Counted from the first letter of the stretch, positions 1 through 8,855 are shown. The stretch is DNA of 32,000 bases from Chlamydiales bacterium (GCA_965261025.1 OZ253438.1:120001-152000), one strand, 5' to 3'. The notes: generated from the sequence alone by a model not told the origin. Numbers and translations are program-made.

Positions 1-1834
1 ATTCGCTTTCTTTATTTTGTGCATTGCGTTTATTGATTTCAGTTTTCTGCCCTCTTAGCCAAATTTCGAACTCTTGTTCGCTAGTATGATGGGGAATTAA
101 ACCACAAAATTGCAGAACGGAGGGTTTGGTTTTTTGAAACAATTGGATAAGTTTTTCTTTCGCTATATCTGCCTGAGATTTTCCTTTAGCGGGTTTTTTT
201 TTCTGTTTTTTCGGGTAGAAAGAAATGGTGTTTGTTAGCATGGTCTCTTGTTGTTTCAGATAATCAGAAGCCATTAGTTGAACTTTTTCTAGATAATAGA
301 AAAACTGAGTGTTCCCAGAAAAGCATCTTTGAATACTATCCAGCGCCATAATAAAAAAATTTTTATAAGGGATACGGCTTATGAAGAAAATTGCTTGCAT
401 AGCCCCTTTAAAAATATCCTCTTCTTTTTCTTCAAGGTAGGTACTTTCCCGATAATGTTTATTAACATTGCTAGTGCATGTATTGAGTTTTTCCATAATC
501 GAAGCAAAATTTTCCCCAGAAAAAATTTGAAGAAGTAAATTCATTAGCATTTTCATTCGCTCTCTATTCTGAATTATCTTTTCTATTAGATCGTGAATTT
601 TCTGATTGAGAGATAGAGATACTTCTAGCAAGGACCAAATTGGACTCTGAGATTCCAGATTCTCTCCATAACTTTGCTCGAATAAGTTTCTAACTAAAGT
701 ATAAGTTTTAAAACGCGGATCCGATAAATCTTCCTCGAAATAGGAAAGTTGTGGTAGAGAGCTTTTTAAGCTTTTTAGCTTGTCCTTTAGGGCCTTATTT
801 TCAAAAAGCTTGGCTTTATCTGTTTTACTAGCTGATATGTCTAGTATTTCTAACGCATTAGATAGGAACTGAAAAACCGTGTTCCGTAAAGTTTCATCCT
901 GTTTAATTTTTCCTTCCAAAAGAACAAAATGGATGTCAATTATAACAAAGAGCAGAGCGTGGAAAAAAGATTTTTTAAGAAAAGGTAGTGGAAAAAGCAT
1001 TATGTCTGAAAACCCCTCAACATGTTTCTCCAAATAAGCTTTTGCTTTTTGATTTTCTATATTGGTAAGCATTCCCTCTACGAGTTGTTTCATAGCAGCC
1101 TGCTGCTCTTGGTAGAACTTTCGAATATTGGCGCCTCTGGTATGCATATTAAATAGCACATTGCCAATAGGAAATAGTAGGGGATCTTCTACGTACTCCC
1201 CTAAGAGAGTACTTACAGAAAAACTTTTTTCAGGAGGCGGTCTATTCTTTCCTGCGGCATTTTGCAGTCTTTGTATATCTTTTTCAGGGTAGAGAACTTG
1301 ATATACTCTCAAGAATTTTCGTAAGAAAGCTTTATATGAATCCGCGTTATAGAGAGAGACGTTACTTGTTATCTGTTTTATACGGTTAGGATCTAGCTGA
1401 AAAAAAAAGTCTTTGCACTGAATCAAATTCTCTAGAAATTCAAAAAATGATTGAATACGGAAAACACTTTGTACCTCAATAGAAATAATTCTAGCAGAGG
1501 ACTCTATCAAAGACAGACGTATCTCTTCAGCAGAATTTTTTACTATACCCATTTTGAAAAAGAGATTTTTTAGAAAAAAATTTCTGATTCTCAGAGGGAT
1601 TTTCAGGGACTTCAGTTTAGAATCCAGACAAAAGCAAGCTCCCAAACAGAGAAGGGTACAAAGGGGGTACTCCTCCTGTATGTAGGGAATGCTTTCAAGA
1701 ATTTTTTTTATGTTCTTCTTCTGATTTTCCCAGAATAATTTCAGTTTTTGGTCTTGTTCGGGAATAACTTCCGATATTTTTGTATGGATTCTCAAAACAT
1801 TTTTTTGTCGGGGGGATAAAACTATCTGACTCAT
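1..1834 (-). CDS. Hypothetical protein, N-terminal 611 codons only (3' end lies beyond the left window edge)
   Basis: Absent from the supplied ORF track, presumably because it has no in-window stop. I checked every minus-strand codon in the frame of the ATG at 1834-1832 and found no TAA, TAG or TGA down to position 2. An in-frame stop lies upstream at 1870-1868 and an AGGA lies about 7 nt upstream of the ATG. The protein starts MSQIVLSPRQKNVLRIHTKISEVIPEQDQKLKLFWENQ. It is L/K/F/E-rich with no motif I recognise. Confidence 0.7.
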   Translation of the reverse strand, partial: MSQIVLSPRQKNVLRIHTKISEVIPEQDQKLKLFWENQKKNIKKILESIPYIQEEYPLCTLLCLGACFCLDSKLKSLKIPLRIRNFFLKNLFFKMGIVKNSAEEIRLSLIESSARIISIEVQSVFRIQSFFEFLENLIQCKDFFFQLDPNRIKQITSNVSLYNADSYKAFLRKFLRVYQVLYPEKDIQRLQNAAGKNRPPPEKSFSVSTLLGEYVEDPLLFPIGNVLFNMHTRGANIRKFYQEQQAAMKQLVEGMLTNIENQKAKAYLEKHVEGFSDIMLFPLPFLKKSFFHALLFVIIDIHFVLLEGKIKQDETLRNTVFQFLSNALEILDISASKTDKAKLFENKALKDKLKSLKSSLPQLSYFEEDLSDPRFKTYTLVRNLFEQSYGENLESQSPIWSLLEVSLSLNQKIHDLIEKIIQNRERMKMLMNLLLQIFSGENFASIMEKLNTCTSNVNKHYRESTYLEEKEEDIFKGAMQAIFFISRIPYKNFFIMALDSIQRCFSGNTQFFYYLEKVQLMASDYLKQQETMLTNTISFYPKKQKKKPAKGKSQADIAKEKLIQLFQKTKPSVLQFCGLIPHHTSEQEFEIWLRGQKTEINKRNAQNKESE

Positions 1835-1911
1835 GCCAAAGTCCTTTTTGCGCGGGAAATACTGAACCTAGAAAAGCTTTTTTATCAAGGCCTTCCTTTC
1901 GATAAAAAACT

Positions 1912-1941
1912 TTGAACCTGTCTTTGCAATTCCTTTATATA
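1912..1941 (+). promoter_or_regulatory. Candidate sigma-70/66-type promoter for cspA
   Basis: TTGAAC (1912-1917), an 18-nt spacer, then TATATA (1936-1941). This implies a leader of about 155 nt before the cspA ATG at 2103. It is only a pattern match in AT-rich DNA. Confidence 0.3.
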
Positions 1942-2102
1942 TCTTTTGCCTAAAAAAAACGCTCCTTCTTTATTCTCTGGTACAAAAAAACCCAAATTGG
2001 ATAAAGTTTAGCTTGTCCCGAAGGATAGCTCTGCTATTTTTGGGGATAAAAGAAAGATTTTTCTTTTTCTTAGTAACAAGTAGAACAAACCAAGAGGTTT
2101 AT

Positions 2103-2309
2103 ATGTCAAAATCAACGGGAACAATTAAGTTTTTCAATTCTAAAAAAGGATTTGGGTTCATTACTCCTGATCAAGGGGGAAAAGAGCTTTTTGTCCATAT
2201 CAGTAATGTAGAAGGAGATGTGGAGTCTCTGAGAGAAGGTCAAAAGGTAGAATATATTGAAAAAGCAGGTCGAAAAGGTCCTGAAGCTACTGAAGTAAAT
2301 CTTGTATAA
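2103..2309 (+). CDS. cspA: Cold-shock protein, CspA family (68 aa)
   Basis: MSKSTGTIKFFNSKKGFGFITPDQGGKELFVHISNV carries the RNP1 motif (KGFGFI) and an RNP2-like motif (LFVHI) of cold-shock domains. AAGAGG lies 6 nt upstream of the ATG at 2103. The track's start at 2013 (TTG) adds 30 non-CSD residues and is rejected. Confidence 0.93.
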   Translation: MSKSTGTIKFFNSKKGFGFITPDQGGKELFVHISNVEGDVESLREGQKVEYIEKAGRKGPEATEVNLV

Positions 2310-2369
2310 TTTCTTTTATACGTATTCTTGAATATAAGTCTTTTGGTTATAAAGCATTAGATTTTACTG

Positions 2370-2411
2370 TTCCTTTCTTAAAAAGGGTCTTCTTATAAAA
2401 GGAAGGTTTTT
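2370..2411 (+). terminator. Weak candidate intrinsic terminator after cspA
   Basis: TTCCTTT (2370-2376) pairs with AAAGGAA (2398-2404) and is followed by GGTTTTT. The stem is short and the loop is 21 nt, so this is weak. Confidence 0.3.
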
Positions 2412-2415
2412 GGCC

Positions 2416-3789
2416 TCACGAGACTTTGCTCTCCTGAGGCTTTTTTATTCTCTCCCAAAGCTCTTGTTGTTTTTTTGCTTGTAAGAGAAAAAACTTTTTC
2501 CCTGATATGATTTTGCATCCTTTTTTTTCAGCAGCCTTACAAAGAGCTGTTTTTTCGGGGACATAGATTAAATCTAAGATAGTCCAGGTAGGTTGGAGAA
2601 AATTTTCTGGAAAAAGAAGTCTCTTTTTTATAGGGGTTGCTTGAATGAGAAAGAGCTCTTGTTCCCACTTTTCTAGTTCTAATTCTGAAAAGAGAGAAGT
2701 CAAAAAGCCCTGCTCTCTTAATTTTTCCAAAACTAGTTTGTTTCTTCCTAGAAAGTGAACTATTTTTTTTCTTCGAAAAAAAGCTTCTCCTATTGCTCTG
2801 GCAACAGCTCCTGTTCCTACAAGAAGGATTTTTGTTGCATCGGGCATATTGGCTTCTTTAAAAAGAGCAAGAGCTGCTTTTACGTCTGTGTTATACCCTA
2901 AGAAAGTATTTTTCTGACGAACCAAGGTATTGATCGAAGGGAACTTTTCTCCCTCAAAGAAAAGGGCCTCTTCTTTTAAAGGCATAGTTACACTAAAGCC
3001 TTCAAAAGAATATTTTTTAGCTTGCTTTACAAAGGGAACGAGTTCTCCTTTGTTACAGGGAATTTTTAAATAGAGGCTATTTCGTTTTTTTTCTAAAAAA
3101 GCATGGTTATGAAATAGGTCACCCTTACTGGAAGAAATAGGGTTTCCTAGGAGAGCATAGAACTTCGTATGTTTGTTTACGAAGGAAAATTTTTGCCACT
3201 CTTTTACTGTATATTGTCCCAAAAAAGCGCTTTTTTTATCCTTGGCTAGATAATGAAATTGATTCTCCATAAAAGGAGAAAGACAACGTGTCCATCTTCC
3301 TTTTCTTCCTATAGCTAGGACCACTTTTTTTCCAGAGATTTTTCTTGTTAAAGAAAAAAGGGAAAAAGCTTCTATCGCCCTTTTTATAGGGCAAGCAATT
3401 TTAAGAACATCTGCTTTCTTTTTTTCCATTTCCTGCACTATCTCTTCGAGATTTTCAGGTATTTTTCGGAAGTTGTGGTAAGAGAGAATCCATTTTATAC
3501 CGGGAAAACTTTCTTTTAAAAAATCAAAAAAAGGAAACTCTTTAGGAAGATCACAGTAGGTAGGAAATAGCTTTAGACAGGAAAGGAGGAGATTTTTTTT
3601 CTCTAAAATCCTCCCCTTTATAGTGAAAATAAGAGGTTTTTTCACTTTCTCTCGAAACCTTTGCAAACAGGTATAGGAAAAATCTTCCATAAGGTCCAGT
3701 CTCAACTCAAAAGCATCTACCAGTGCTTCAAGAGAGTAGTACGCCTTTTCTATTTCTTTTACATTACCTTGTAAGACTAAAGTTCGCAT
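2416..3789 (-). CDS. aroE: Bifunctional 3-dehydroquinate dehydratase (type I) / shikimate 5-dehydrogenase (AroD-AroE fusion, 457 aa)
   Basis: The N-terminal half has type I DHQase motifs: ELRLD, ILSYHNF (catalytic His) and DVLKIA (Schiff-base Lys). The C-terminal half has AroE motifs: LLGNPISSSKGDLFHNHAF, FSVTMPLKE (catalytic Lys), GYNTD (catalytic Asp) and the LVGTGAVARA dinucleotide fold. The start overlaps the aroB 3' end by 26 nt. Confidence 0.9.
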   Translation of the reverse strand: MRTLVLQGNVKEIEKAYYSLEALVDAFELRLDLMEDFSYTCLQRFREKVKKPLIFTIKGRILEKKNLLLSCLKLFPTYCDLPKEFPFFDFLKESFPGIKWILSYHNFRKIPENLEEIVQEMEKKKADVLKIACPIKRAIEAFSLFSLTRKISGKKVVLAIGRKGRWTRCLSPFMENQFHYLAKDKKSAFLGQYTVKEWQKFSFVNKHTKFYALLGNPISSSKGDLFHNHAFLEKKRNSLYLKIPCNKGELVPFVKQAKKYSFEGFSVTMPLKEEALFFEGEKFPSINTLVRQKNTFLGYNTDVKAALALFKEANMPDATKILLVGTGAVARAIGEAFFRRKKIVHFLGRNKLVLEKLREQGFLTSLFSELELEKWEQELFLIQATPIKKRLLFPENFLQPTWTILDLIYVPEKTALCKAAEKKGCKIISGKKFFLLQAKKQQELWERIKKPQESKVS

Positions 3790-4843
3790 AAGACTCCTTT
3801 TGGAAAAGAAAGAGATATTCTCTCACTTTTTCTGAAGGCAAAAAGTAGGCAGGAAAAAGGGCTTTTCCTCTTTTTTCTAAGGCAATAAATCCTATACTTT
3901 CTCCTTGATTTTTCTTATCCAGATGGAGAGTCTTTATAAGACTTTCTATCTGGATGGGAGCAAGAGGGGATAAAAGACCCAGTCTTTGTAAAAAGCAGGC
4001 AATTTTCTTTTGTTCCTCTTCCGATAAAAAGCCCTGCTTATAAGAAAAAAAGGTTTCTATTAAAAGACCCCAAGCAACAGCTCTGCCATGGGGGATTTGA
4101 TAGGAAAAAAAAGCTTCTAGTCCATGCGCTACAGTATGCCCCAAATTTAAAAGATCTCGAACCCCTTTCTCTATGAGCTCTTTTTTTAGGAAAAGGCTTT
4201 TTTTTACTAAAGAAAGGAGCGCTTTTTTCTCTTTTCGCAATAAGTTTTCTCTCAAAAGATCTATCTCATCCAAAAGAGAAGCATCTTGAATCAACCCTTT
4301 TTTCACCACTTCAGAAAGACCCTCCTTGATAGCATCTTCACAAAGCGTTTCTAAAAATAAGGGGTCTATCCATATTTCTAAAGGAGGATAAAAAGAGCCT
4401 ATTAGGTTTTTCCCAAAAGCAGTATTTATTCCCGTTTTTCCTCCAAAACAAGCATCCACCATAGCTAAAAAAGTAGTGGGTATAGAAATAAAGGCTATCC
4501 CTCTTAAGTAGGTAGAAGCTAAAAAACCCACTAAATCCAGAGTAACCCCACCTCCTAGAGCAAAGAGCATATCCTCTTTTTGAAAGGAATGCAAAAAAAG
4601 AAAGTCTTCTAAGTTTTCTTTCGTATTTCTATTTTTGTATTTTTCTCCTGTTGGAAAAACATAGAGGAAGAAGGAAGCATTTTCTTTTCGTAAAGTTTCC
4701 AAAGGTCTTTGGTAGAAAGAATAGATAGTTTCATCACAAAAAAGGGCTTTTTTCCCAGGGGAGTTACTGACTTTTTTCTCTAAAAATTCAAACACTTCGG
4801 AGTATAAAAAAAGGGGAAAAGCCTTTTCTGTAAGAATACTCAT
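3764..4843 (-). CDS. aroB: 3-dehydroquinate synthase (359 aa)
   Basis: Hallmark motifs are GGGVTLDLVGFLASTYLRGIAFISIPTTFLAMVDACFGGKTGIN, NLGHTVAHGLE and HGRAVAWGL. The preferred start is the ATG at 4843, which forms an ATGA overlap with the aroC stop (4842-4840). The track's start at 4933 would add 30 Cys-rich residues inside aroC. Confidence 0.9.
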   Translation of the reverse strand: MSILTEKAFPLFLYSEVFEFLEKKVSNSPGKKALFCDETIYSFYQRPLETLRKENASFFLYVFPTGEKYKNRNTKENLEDFLFLHSFQKEDMLFALGGGVTLDLVGFLASTYLRGIAFISIPTTFLAMVDACFGGKTGINTAFGKNLIGSFYPPLEIWIDPLFLETLCEDAIKEGLSEVVKKGLIQDASLLDEIDLLRENLLRKEKKALLSLVKKSLFLKKELIEKGVRDLLNLGHTVAHGLEAFFSYQIPHGRAVAWGLLIETFFSYKQGFLSEEEQKKIACFLQRLGLLSPLAPIQIESLIKTLHLDKKNQGESIGFIALEKRGKALFPAYFLPSEKVREYLFLFQKESYANFSLTR

Positions 4844-5928
4844 AATTTGCAGGCTCGGTTCATTAAAACAGCATCTGCTAATACTAAAGCAACCATAGCC
4901 TCTACCACTGCAGTAGCTCGAATCGCCACACAAGGATCATGCCTAGCCAAGGTTCCGTAAGTAAAAGAAACCTTTTTTCGTTTTACAAAATCTACGCTTT
5001 CTTGCGGTTTTTGAATGCTCGATGTGGGTTTGAAAAAGACTCTGCCAAAAAGAGGCTCTCCTGTAGTAATTCCTCCTAAAAGTCCCCCGGCGTGATTAGA
5101 AGAGAAGACAACCTTATTTCCTTCTAAAGAGAAAGAGTCATTATTTTCTGATCCTTTTCTTTCTAAAATAGGCTCTCCGATTTCAAAGGCTTTACTAGCA
5201 GGAAGGCTCATCAAGGCCTTAGCTAAATTTGCCTCTATTTTTTCATAAATAGGATCCCCGATTCCCACAGGAAGGTTTTCTACAAAAAACTCGACCACTC
5301 CGGCCACGGAGTCTCCCTCTTCTTTAACCTGCTGTAAAATAGTGGTAACTTTCTCCTCAAAATGAGGTTCTACACAAAAAAGAGCGCTTTTCTCCCTTTG
5401 CTGTTGTAAAGAAGAAAAACACCTTGGATAAGTTTGCAGCACTTCATTATGAACCTGTTTGATAAAGGCAATTACTTTGACTTGATAGTGGTTTAACAAA
5501 AGCTTAGCTAAGGCTCCGGCGGCTACCCTTGCAGCCGTTTCTCTAGCAGAAGCTCTCCCGCCACCCAGATAGTCGTAAAGTCCATATTTGTGTAAATAGG
5601 TAAAATTGGCATGCCCCGGACGGTATAGGTTTTTTATCTTTTCGTAAGGCTCTTTTTTCCCATCTCCATTATAGATTACAATAGCAATAGGGGCTGCAGT
5701 GGAATATTTTTTGAAAACTCCGGAAAGAATTTCAAATCTTTCTACTTCTTTACGGGGAGAGACGAAGGGAGAAAAACCCGGAGCTCTTTTTTGTAGCTCC
5801 TTTTGGATGAAATCTTCCTCTATAAATATCCCTGAGGGTAAGCCATCTACTACAACACCGATGGCTTTGCCATGGGATTCTCCAAAGGTGGTAATTTGCA
5901 AAAAATTACCAAAGCGATTACTAGCCAT
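4840..5928 (-). CDS. aroC: Chorismate synthase (362 aa)
   Basis: All three chorismate synthase signatures are present: GESHGKAIGVVVDGLP, GGGRASARETAARVAAGAL and RHDPCVAIRATAVVEAMVAL. Confidence 0.95.
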   Translation of the reverse strand: MASNRFGNFLQITTFGESHGKAIGVVVDGLPSGIFIEEDFIQKELQKRAPGFSPFVSPRKEVERFEILSGVFKKYSTAAPIAIVIYNGDGKKEPYEKIKNLYRPGHANFTYLHKYGLYDYLGGGRASARETAARVAAGALAKLLLNHYQVKVIAFIKQVHNEVLQTYPRCFSSLQQQREKSALFCVEPHFEEKVTTILQQVKEEGDSVAGVVEFFVENLPVGIGDPIYEKIEANLAKALMSLPASKAFEIGEPILERKGSENNDSFSLEGNKVVFSSNHAGGLLGGITTGEPLFGRVFFKPTSSIQKPQESVDFVKRKKVSFTYGTLARHDPCVAIRATAVVEAMVALVLADAVLMNRACKL

Positions 5929-5954
5929 CGAAGTTTTACTTAGGTCCTTTTCAC

Positions 5955-7211
5955 TTATTCACAGCTACAAGGATCTTTATCTCCCTCATCTACTATTTCT
6001 TCATTATAGAGTTTCAAGATATTAGAAAGGCCTTGTACTTGTCTTAAAAGAGTCGCAAAGTCTTTCTTAAAGGCTTCGCTAGAGACAACCAATTTTTTCT
6101 CTTTCGGATCTTCTGCTTTCTGCATTAAGACATTTAGCCTAGACAAAGAAGTGGTAATGGTATCTATCTCTGTTTCAAAGTAGTTTCTAAACTCTTTGGG
6201 AGTGTCTAAAGCTCCCAGTAAATTAGCTCTTTTGGTTCTGGTTCTCTGCCAGCCTTTATCATATTGAAATAAGAGCCCGTAGTGGTTAAGGTCATTCATG
6301 AGAGTATTTGCCTTGCTCATAAGAGAGCTGATTCGCAAATAAAGATCATCCCCTCGGATTAGCTTGCCTAAAGTACCTGTTCCATCTGCTACATCTTGGG
6401 TAATGATATGCAGATTTTGCAGGGTTTGTTTTCCATCGAGATTAAAAGAATCCAAAGCTTGGTTAAAGCCTGCTAACACATTATCCATTTTTTGCCAGGT
6501 ATTATTTTGTTGCATTAGATCCAAGGCCTGATAAACCAGTTCTAAATCCGAATTTAGCGTATCGATCATCTGCTTTAAAGAGGTTATAACTTTTTGTTCA
6601 TTAACGCTTTTTACCAGTTTTTCAGACTCTTGTAAAGTACCAGAGAGAAAAGAGACTACATTAGAAATCTCTTGCTTGTTTTCAATGAACCAATCATCTA
6701 TGCCTTTTACCAGCTTATTAATGTTATTTCCCAGTTTGGAAATTCTTTGCATAGCAAGCTGAATTGCATCGGTTGAATCGGCATAGACGACTTCCCCCTT
6801 TTTTACCAAAGTAGGAGTGACTCCTTCTGCAGGTTCTTTAGGAGTTATGGCTATCATTTTTTCCCCCATAAGTCCTGTGGTTTGAACCGTAACTTCGTCT
6901 GTATTATACATCTTAACAGAAGAATCCAGCTTTAAGGTAACCTGATAGAAGTACAGGTTTCCTTGGGCATCGGCCCTAGCCTTTCTGGGATCTTTTACAG
7001 TAGAAATACTGGCTACCTCTCCCACAGGCTTTCCAGCAAAAGTGACTCGAGTGCCCTCTGAGATACCCCCTACATTGGAAAAGCGTACGATAAGAGTTTC
7101 TTTCCCATCTCCTATCTTAGGCTCTAAGAATAGAATAATAGAGACAGTAATTACAATAGCGGAGAGAACAAAAATACCTATTAAGATGCTCTTTACCCGA
7201 TCGGTGATCAC
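5955..7211 (-). CDS. mlaD: MlaD/MCE-family protein with long C-terminal helical extension (418 aa, GTG start)
   Basis: There is an N-terminal TM helix (SILIGIFVLSAIVITVSIILFL). An MCE-domain pattern follows (LIVRFSNVGGISEGTRVTFAGKPVGEVASI ... VQTTGLMGEKMIAITP), then about 270 helical residues including GTLGKLIRGDDLY. The gene sits directly downstream of mlaF-like and mlaE-like genes. Confidence 0.8.
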   Translation of the reverse strand: MITDRVKSILIGIFVLSAIVITVSIILFLEPKIGDGKETLIVRFSNVGGISEGTRVTFAGKPVGEVASISTVKDPRKARADAQGNLYFYQVTLKLDSSVKMYNTDEVTVQTTGLMGEKMIAITPKEPAEGVTPTLVKKGEVVYADSTDAIQLAMQRISKLGNNINKLVKGIDDWFIENKQEISNVVSFLSGTLQESEKLVKSVNEQKVITSLKQMIDTLNSDLELVYQALDLMQQNNTWQKMDNVLAGFNQALDSFNLDGKQTLQNLHIITQDVADGTGTLGKLIRGDDLYLRISSLMSKANTLMNDLNHYGLLFQYDKGWQRTRTKRANLLGALDTPKEFRNYFETEIDTITTSLSRLNVLMQKAEDPKEKKLVVSSEAFKKDFATLLRQVQGLSNILKLYNEEIVDEGDKDPCSCE

Positions 7212-7279
7212 AGCAACCCTACATGCTTTTCTTTACCATAGCAAAAAGAGACTTTTTCAGGGAAAGCTCTAATTTTTCC

Positions 7280-8044
7280 TTAAGAGCGAGCCCTAGGATG
7301 CTCTTTTAGGTTCTTTTTCAAAAAAGCGATGATGGGATTATCTATGCTCAGGAAATTTTCTGGATCGGATACACAGGAAATTTTTCCGTCTTCATGTAGT
7401 GCCAGTCTATCTGAAATATACAGAGCAGAGTGTATATCGTGGGTTACTACAATACTAGTTCCTTTCAGATCTTCTTGGGTTTGTACAATAAGCTCATTAA
7501 TCTGCTGTGCAGTAATAGGATCCAGTCCTGTTGTGGGTTCATCATATAAAAGAATTTTCGGGCGATATACGATAAGCCTGGCTAGTCCCGCTCTTTTTTT
7601 CATCCCTCCGGAAAGGTCCGAAGGCATCTTTTCTTGCTCATTTTCTAAACCCACTAGGCGGAGCGCTTCTGCTGTCCTATGGTCAATTTCTTCTTCAGAG
7701 ATCGGCTCTGCTGTATTAGGATCTCCATGTTGTCTTAAATAAAAGGCTGTGTTTTCTTTTATATTCATCGAATCAAAAAGAGCTGCTCCCTGAAATAGCA
7801 TTCCCATTTCTTTTACAGCACTACTGAGCTCCCTTTTTTTGAGAGTAGAAATGTTTACTCCATTTACCTCCACAGAACCCTCATCAGGTTTTTCTATTCC
7901 TAAGATCTGACGAAGAAGCACGCTTTTTCCCACTCCAGATCTTCCTAAAATAGTGAGAATTTCCCCTTCTTTTACCTCAAGATTTAACCCCTTAAGGATT
8001 TCGTTGTTTCCATACTTTTTTCGTAAGTTTTTTATGAGGATCAT
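7280..8044 (-). CDS. mlaF: ABC transporter ATP-binding protein, MlaF-like (254 aa)
   Basis: Motifs are Walker A GRSGVGKS, ABC signature LSGGMKKR, Walker B ILLYDEPTTGLD and H-loop VVTHD. The preferred start is the ATG at 8044 (MILIKNLRKKYG), which forms an ATGA overlap with the upstream permease stop. Confidence 0.9.
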   Translation of the reverse strand: MILIKNLRKKYGNNEILKGLNLEVKEGEILTILGRSGVGKSVLLRQILGIEKPDEGSVEVNGVNISTLKKRELSSAVKEMGMLFQGAALFDSMNIKENTAFYLRQHGDPNTAEPISEEEIDHRTAEALRLVGLENEQEKMPSDLSGGMKKRAGLARLIVYRPKILLYDEPTTGLDPITAQQINELIVQTQEDLKGTSIVVTHDIHSALYISDRLALHEDGKISCVSDPENFLSIDNPIIAFLKKNLKEHPRARS

Positions 8045-8835
8045 AGAGAATCCAAGGTAAGCTCTGTATGAATAGAGTTTAAAGCCATAGTTAGTAGAAA
8101 GTCCCAAATCAAAATCAATACGTAGCTTGTTACCACGCTTTGTGTGGTAGACCTTCCTACTCCAGCAGCTCCTCCTCGCGTATTCATCCCCTTATAACAG
8201 CATACAGTGACTAAAATAACTCCAAATACGAAAGACTTAACAACTCCTGTAAAAATATCAAAGAGAGTAATATGAACGGGCATGGGATTGAAATAGGTAG
8301 CAGAACTCATACCAAAGAAATGCACAGAGATTAAGTACCCTCCAAAAATACCCATTAGCATAGAAAAGATAGTCAAAAGGGGCACCATGATGATACCTGC
8401 CATAAAACGAGGGGCAACTAAGTAGCGATTTGGATTTATGGCCATGGATTTTAGGGCATCGATTTGTTCTGTTACTTTCATAGAGCCAAGCTCTGCGCAC
8501 ATGGCAGAGCCCACTCTTCCCGTAACCATGAAAGCTGTAAGGATGGGCCCTAATTCTGTGATCATTGCCTTGGCAACTAAAATACCTGTTACTCCAGCTA
8601 GCCCTTTTTCACTGAGCTGGTAAACAGATTGCGCTGCTAAAACAAACCCAGTAGTAAAACCGGTAATGGCTACAACAGTAGTAGATAAAACACCAATACT
8701 AAAGCACTGCTCTCGTAAAAGAGGCCAAGCAGGGGGTCTTTTGATAGCAGCCCAGGCAACTTCCCCTATTAGAGTGACATATCTTCCTACTGCTTCTAAA
8801 AAGCGGAGAAATTGACTTCTTATGACACCAATCAT
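8041..8835 (-). CDS. mlaE: ABC transporter permease, MlaE-like (264 aa)
   Basis: The protein is multi-TM and has the MlaE-type core ITELGPILTAFMVTGRVGSAMCAELGSMKVTEQIDALKSMAINPNRYLVAPR. The preferred start is the ATG at 8835, with AAAGAGG about 6 nt upstream. The track's start at 8883 falls inside the predicted -35 element. Confidence 0.88.
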   Translation of the reverse strand: MIGVIRSQFLRFLEAVGRYVTLIGEVAWAAIKRPPAWPLLREQCFSIGVLSTTVVAITGFTTGFVLAAQSVYQLSEKGLAGVTGILVAKAMITELGPILTAFMVTGRVGSAMCAELGSMKVTEQIDALKSMAINPNRYLVAPRFMAGIIMVPLLTIFSMLMGIFGGYLISVHFFGMSSATYFNPMPVHITLFDIFTGVVKSFVFGVILVTVCCYKGMNTRGGAAGVGRSTTQSVVTSYVLILIWDFLLTMALNSIHTELTLDSL

Positions 8836-8855
8836 ACAAGGCCTCTTTTTCCAGG

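Noticed and set aside
329-538. 69-aa plus-strand ORF
   Set aside because: It is a shadow ORF antisense to the long open-ended minus-strand ORF, with low-complexity F/I/K composition and no SD.
2013-2102. TTG-initiated 30-residue N-terminal extension of the cold-shock protein in the ORF track
   Set aside because: The extension (SRRIALLFLGIKERFFFF...) is not part of any cold-shock domain. The ATG at 2103 has a good SD (AAGAGG) and gives a canonical 68-aa Csp. The region is better read as 5' UTR.
4844-4933. Longer aroB start (MCGDSSYCSGRGYGC...)
   Set aside because: It lies wholly inside the aroC coding sequence and has odd Cys-rich composition. The ATG at 4843 gives the classic ATGA stop-start overlap and a normal-length AroB.
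8045-8107. Longer start for the MlaF-like ATPase
   Set aside because: It overlaps the permease 3' end. The ATG at 8044 (ATGA overlap) begins exactly at the conserved ABC N-terminus (MILIKNLRKKYG).
5699-8623. Embedded ORFs at 5699-6025, 7042-7272, 7329-7742 and 8438-8623 (antisense) and 8258-8500 (same strand, shifted frame)
   Set aside because: All are nested in, or heavily overlap, well-supported aroC, mlaD, mlaF and mlaE genes whose conserved motifs lie in the other frame. Their composition is atypical (S/C/R-rich).
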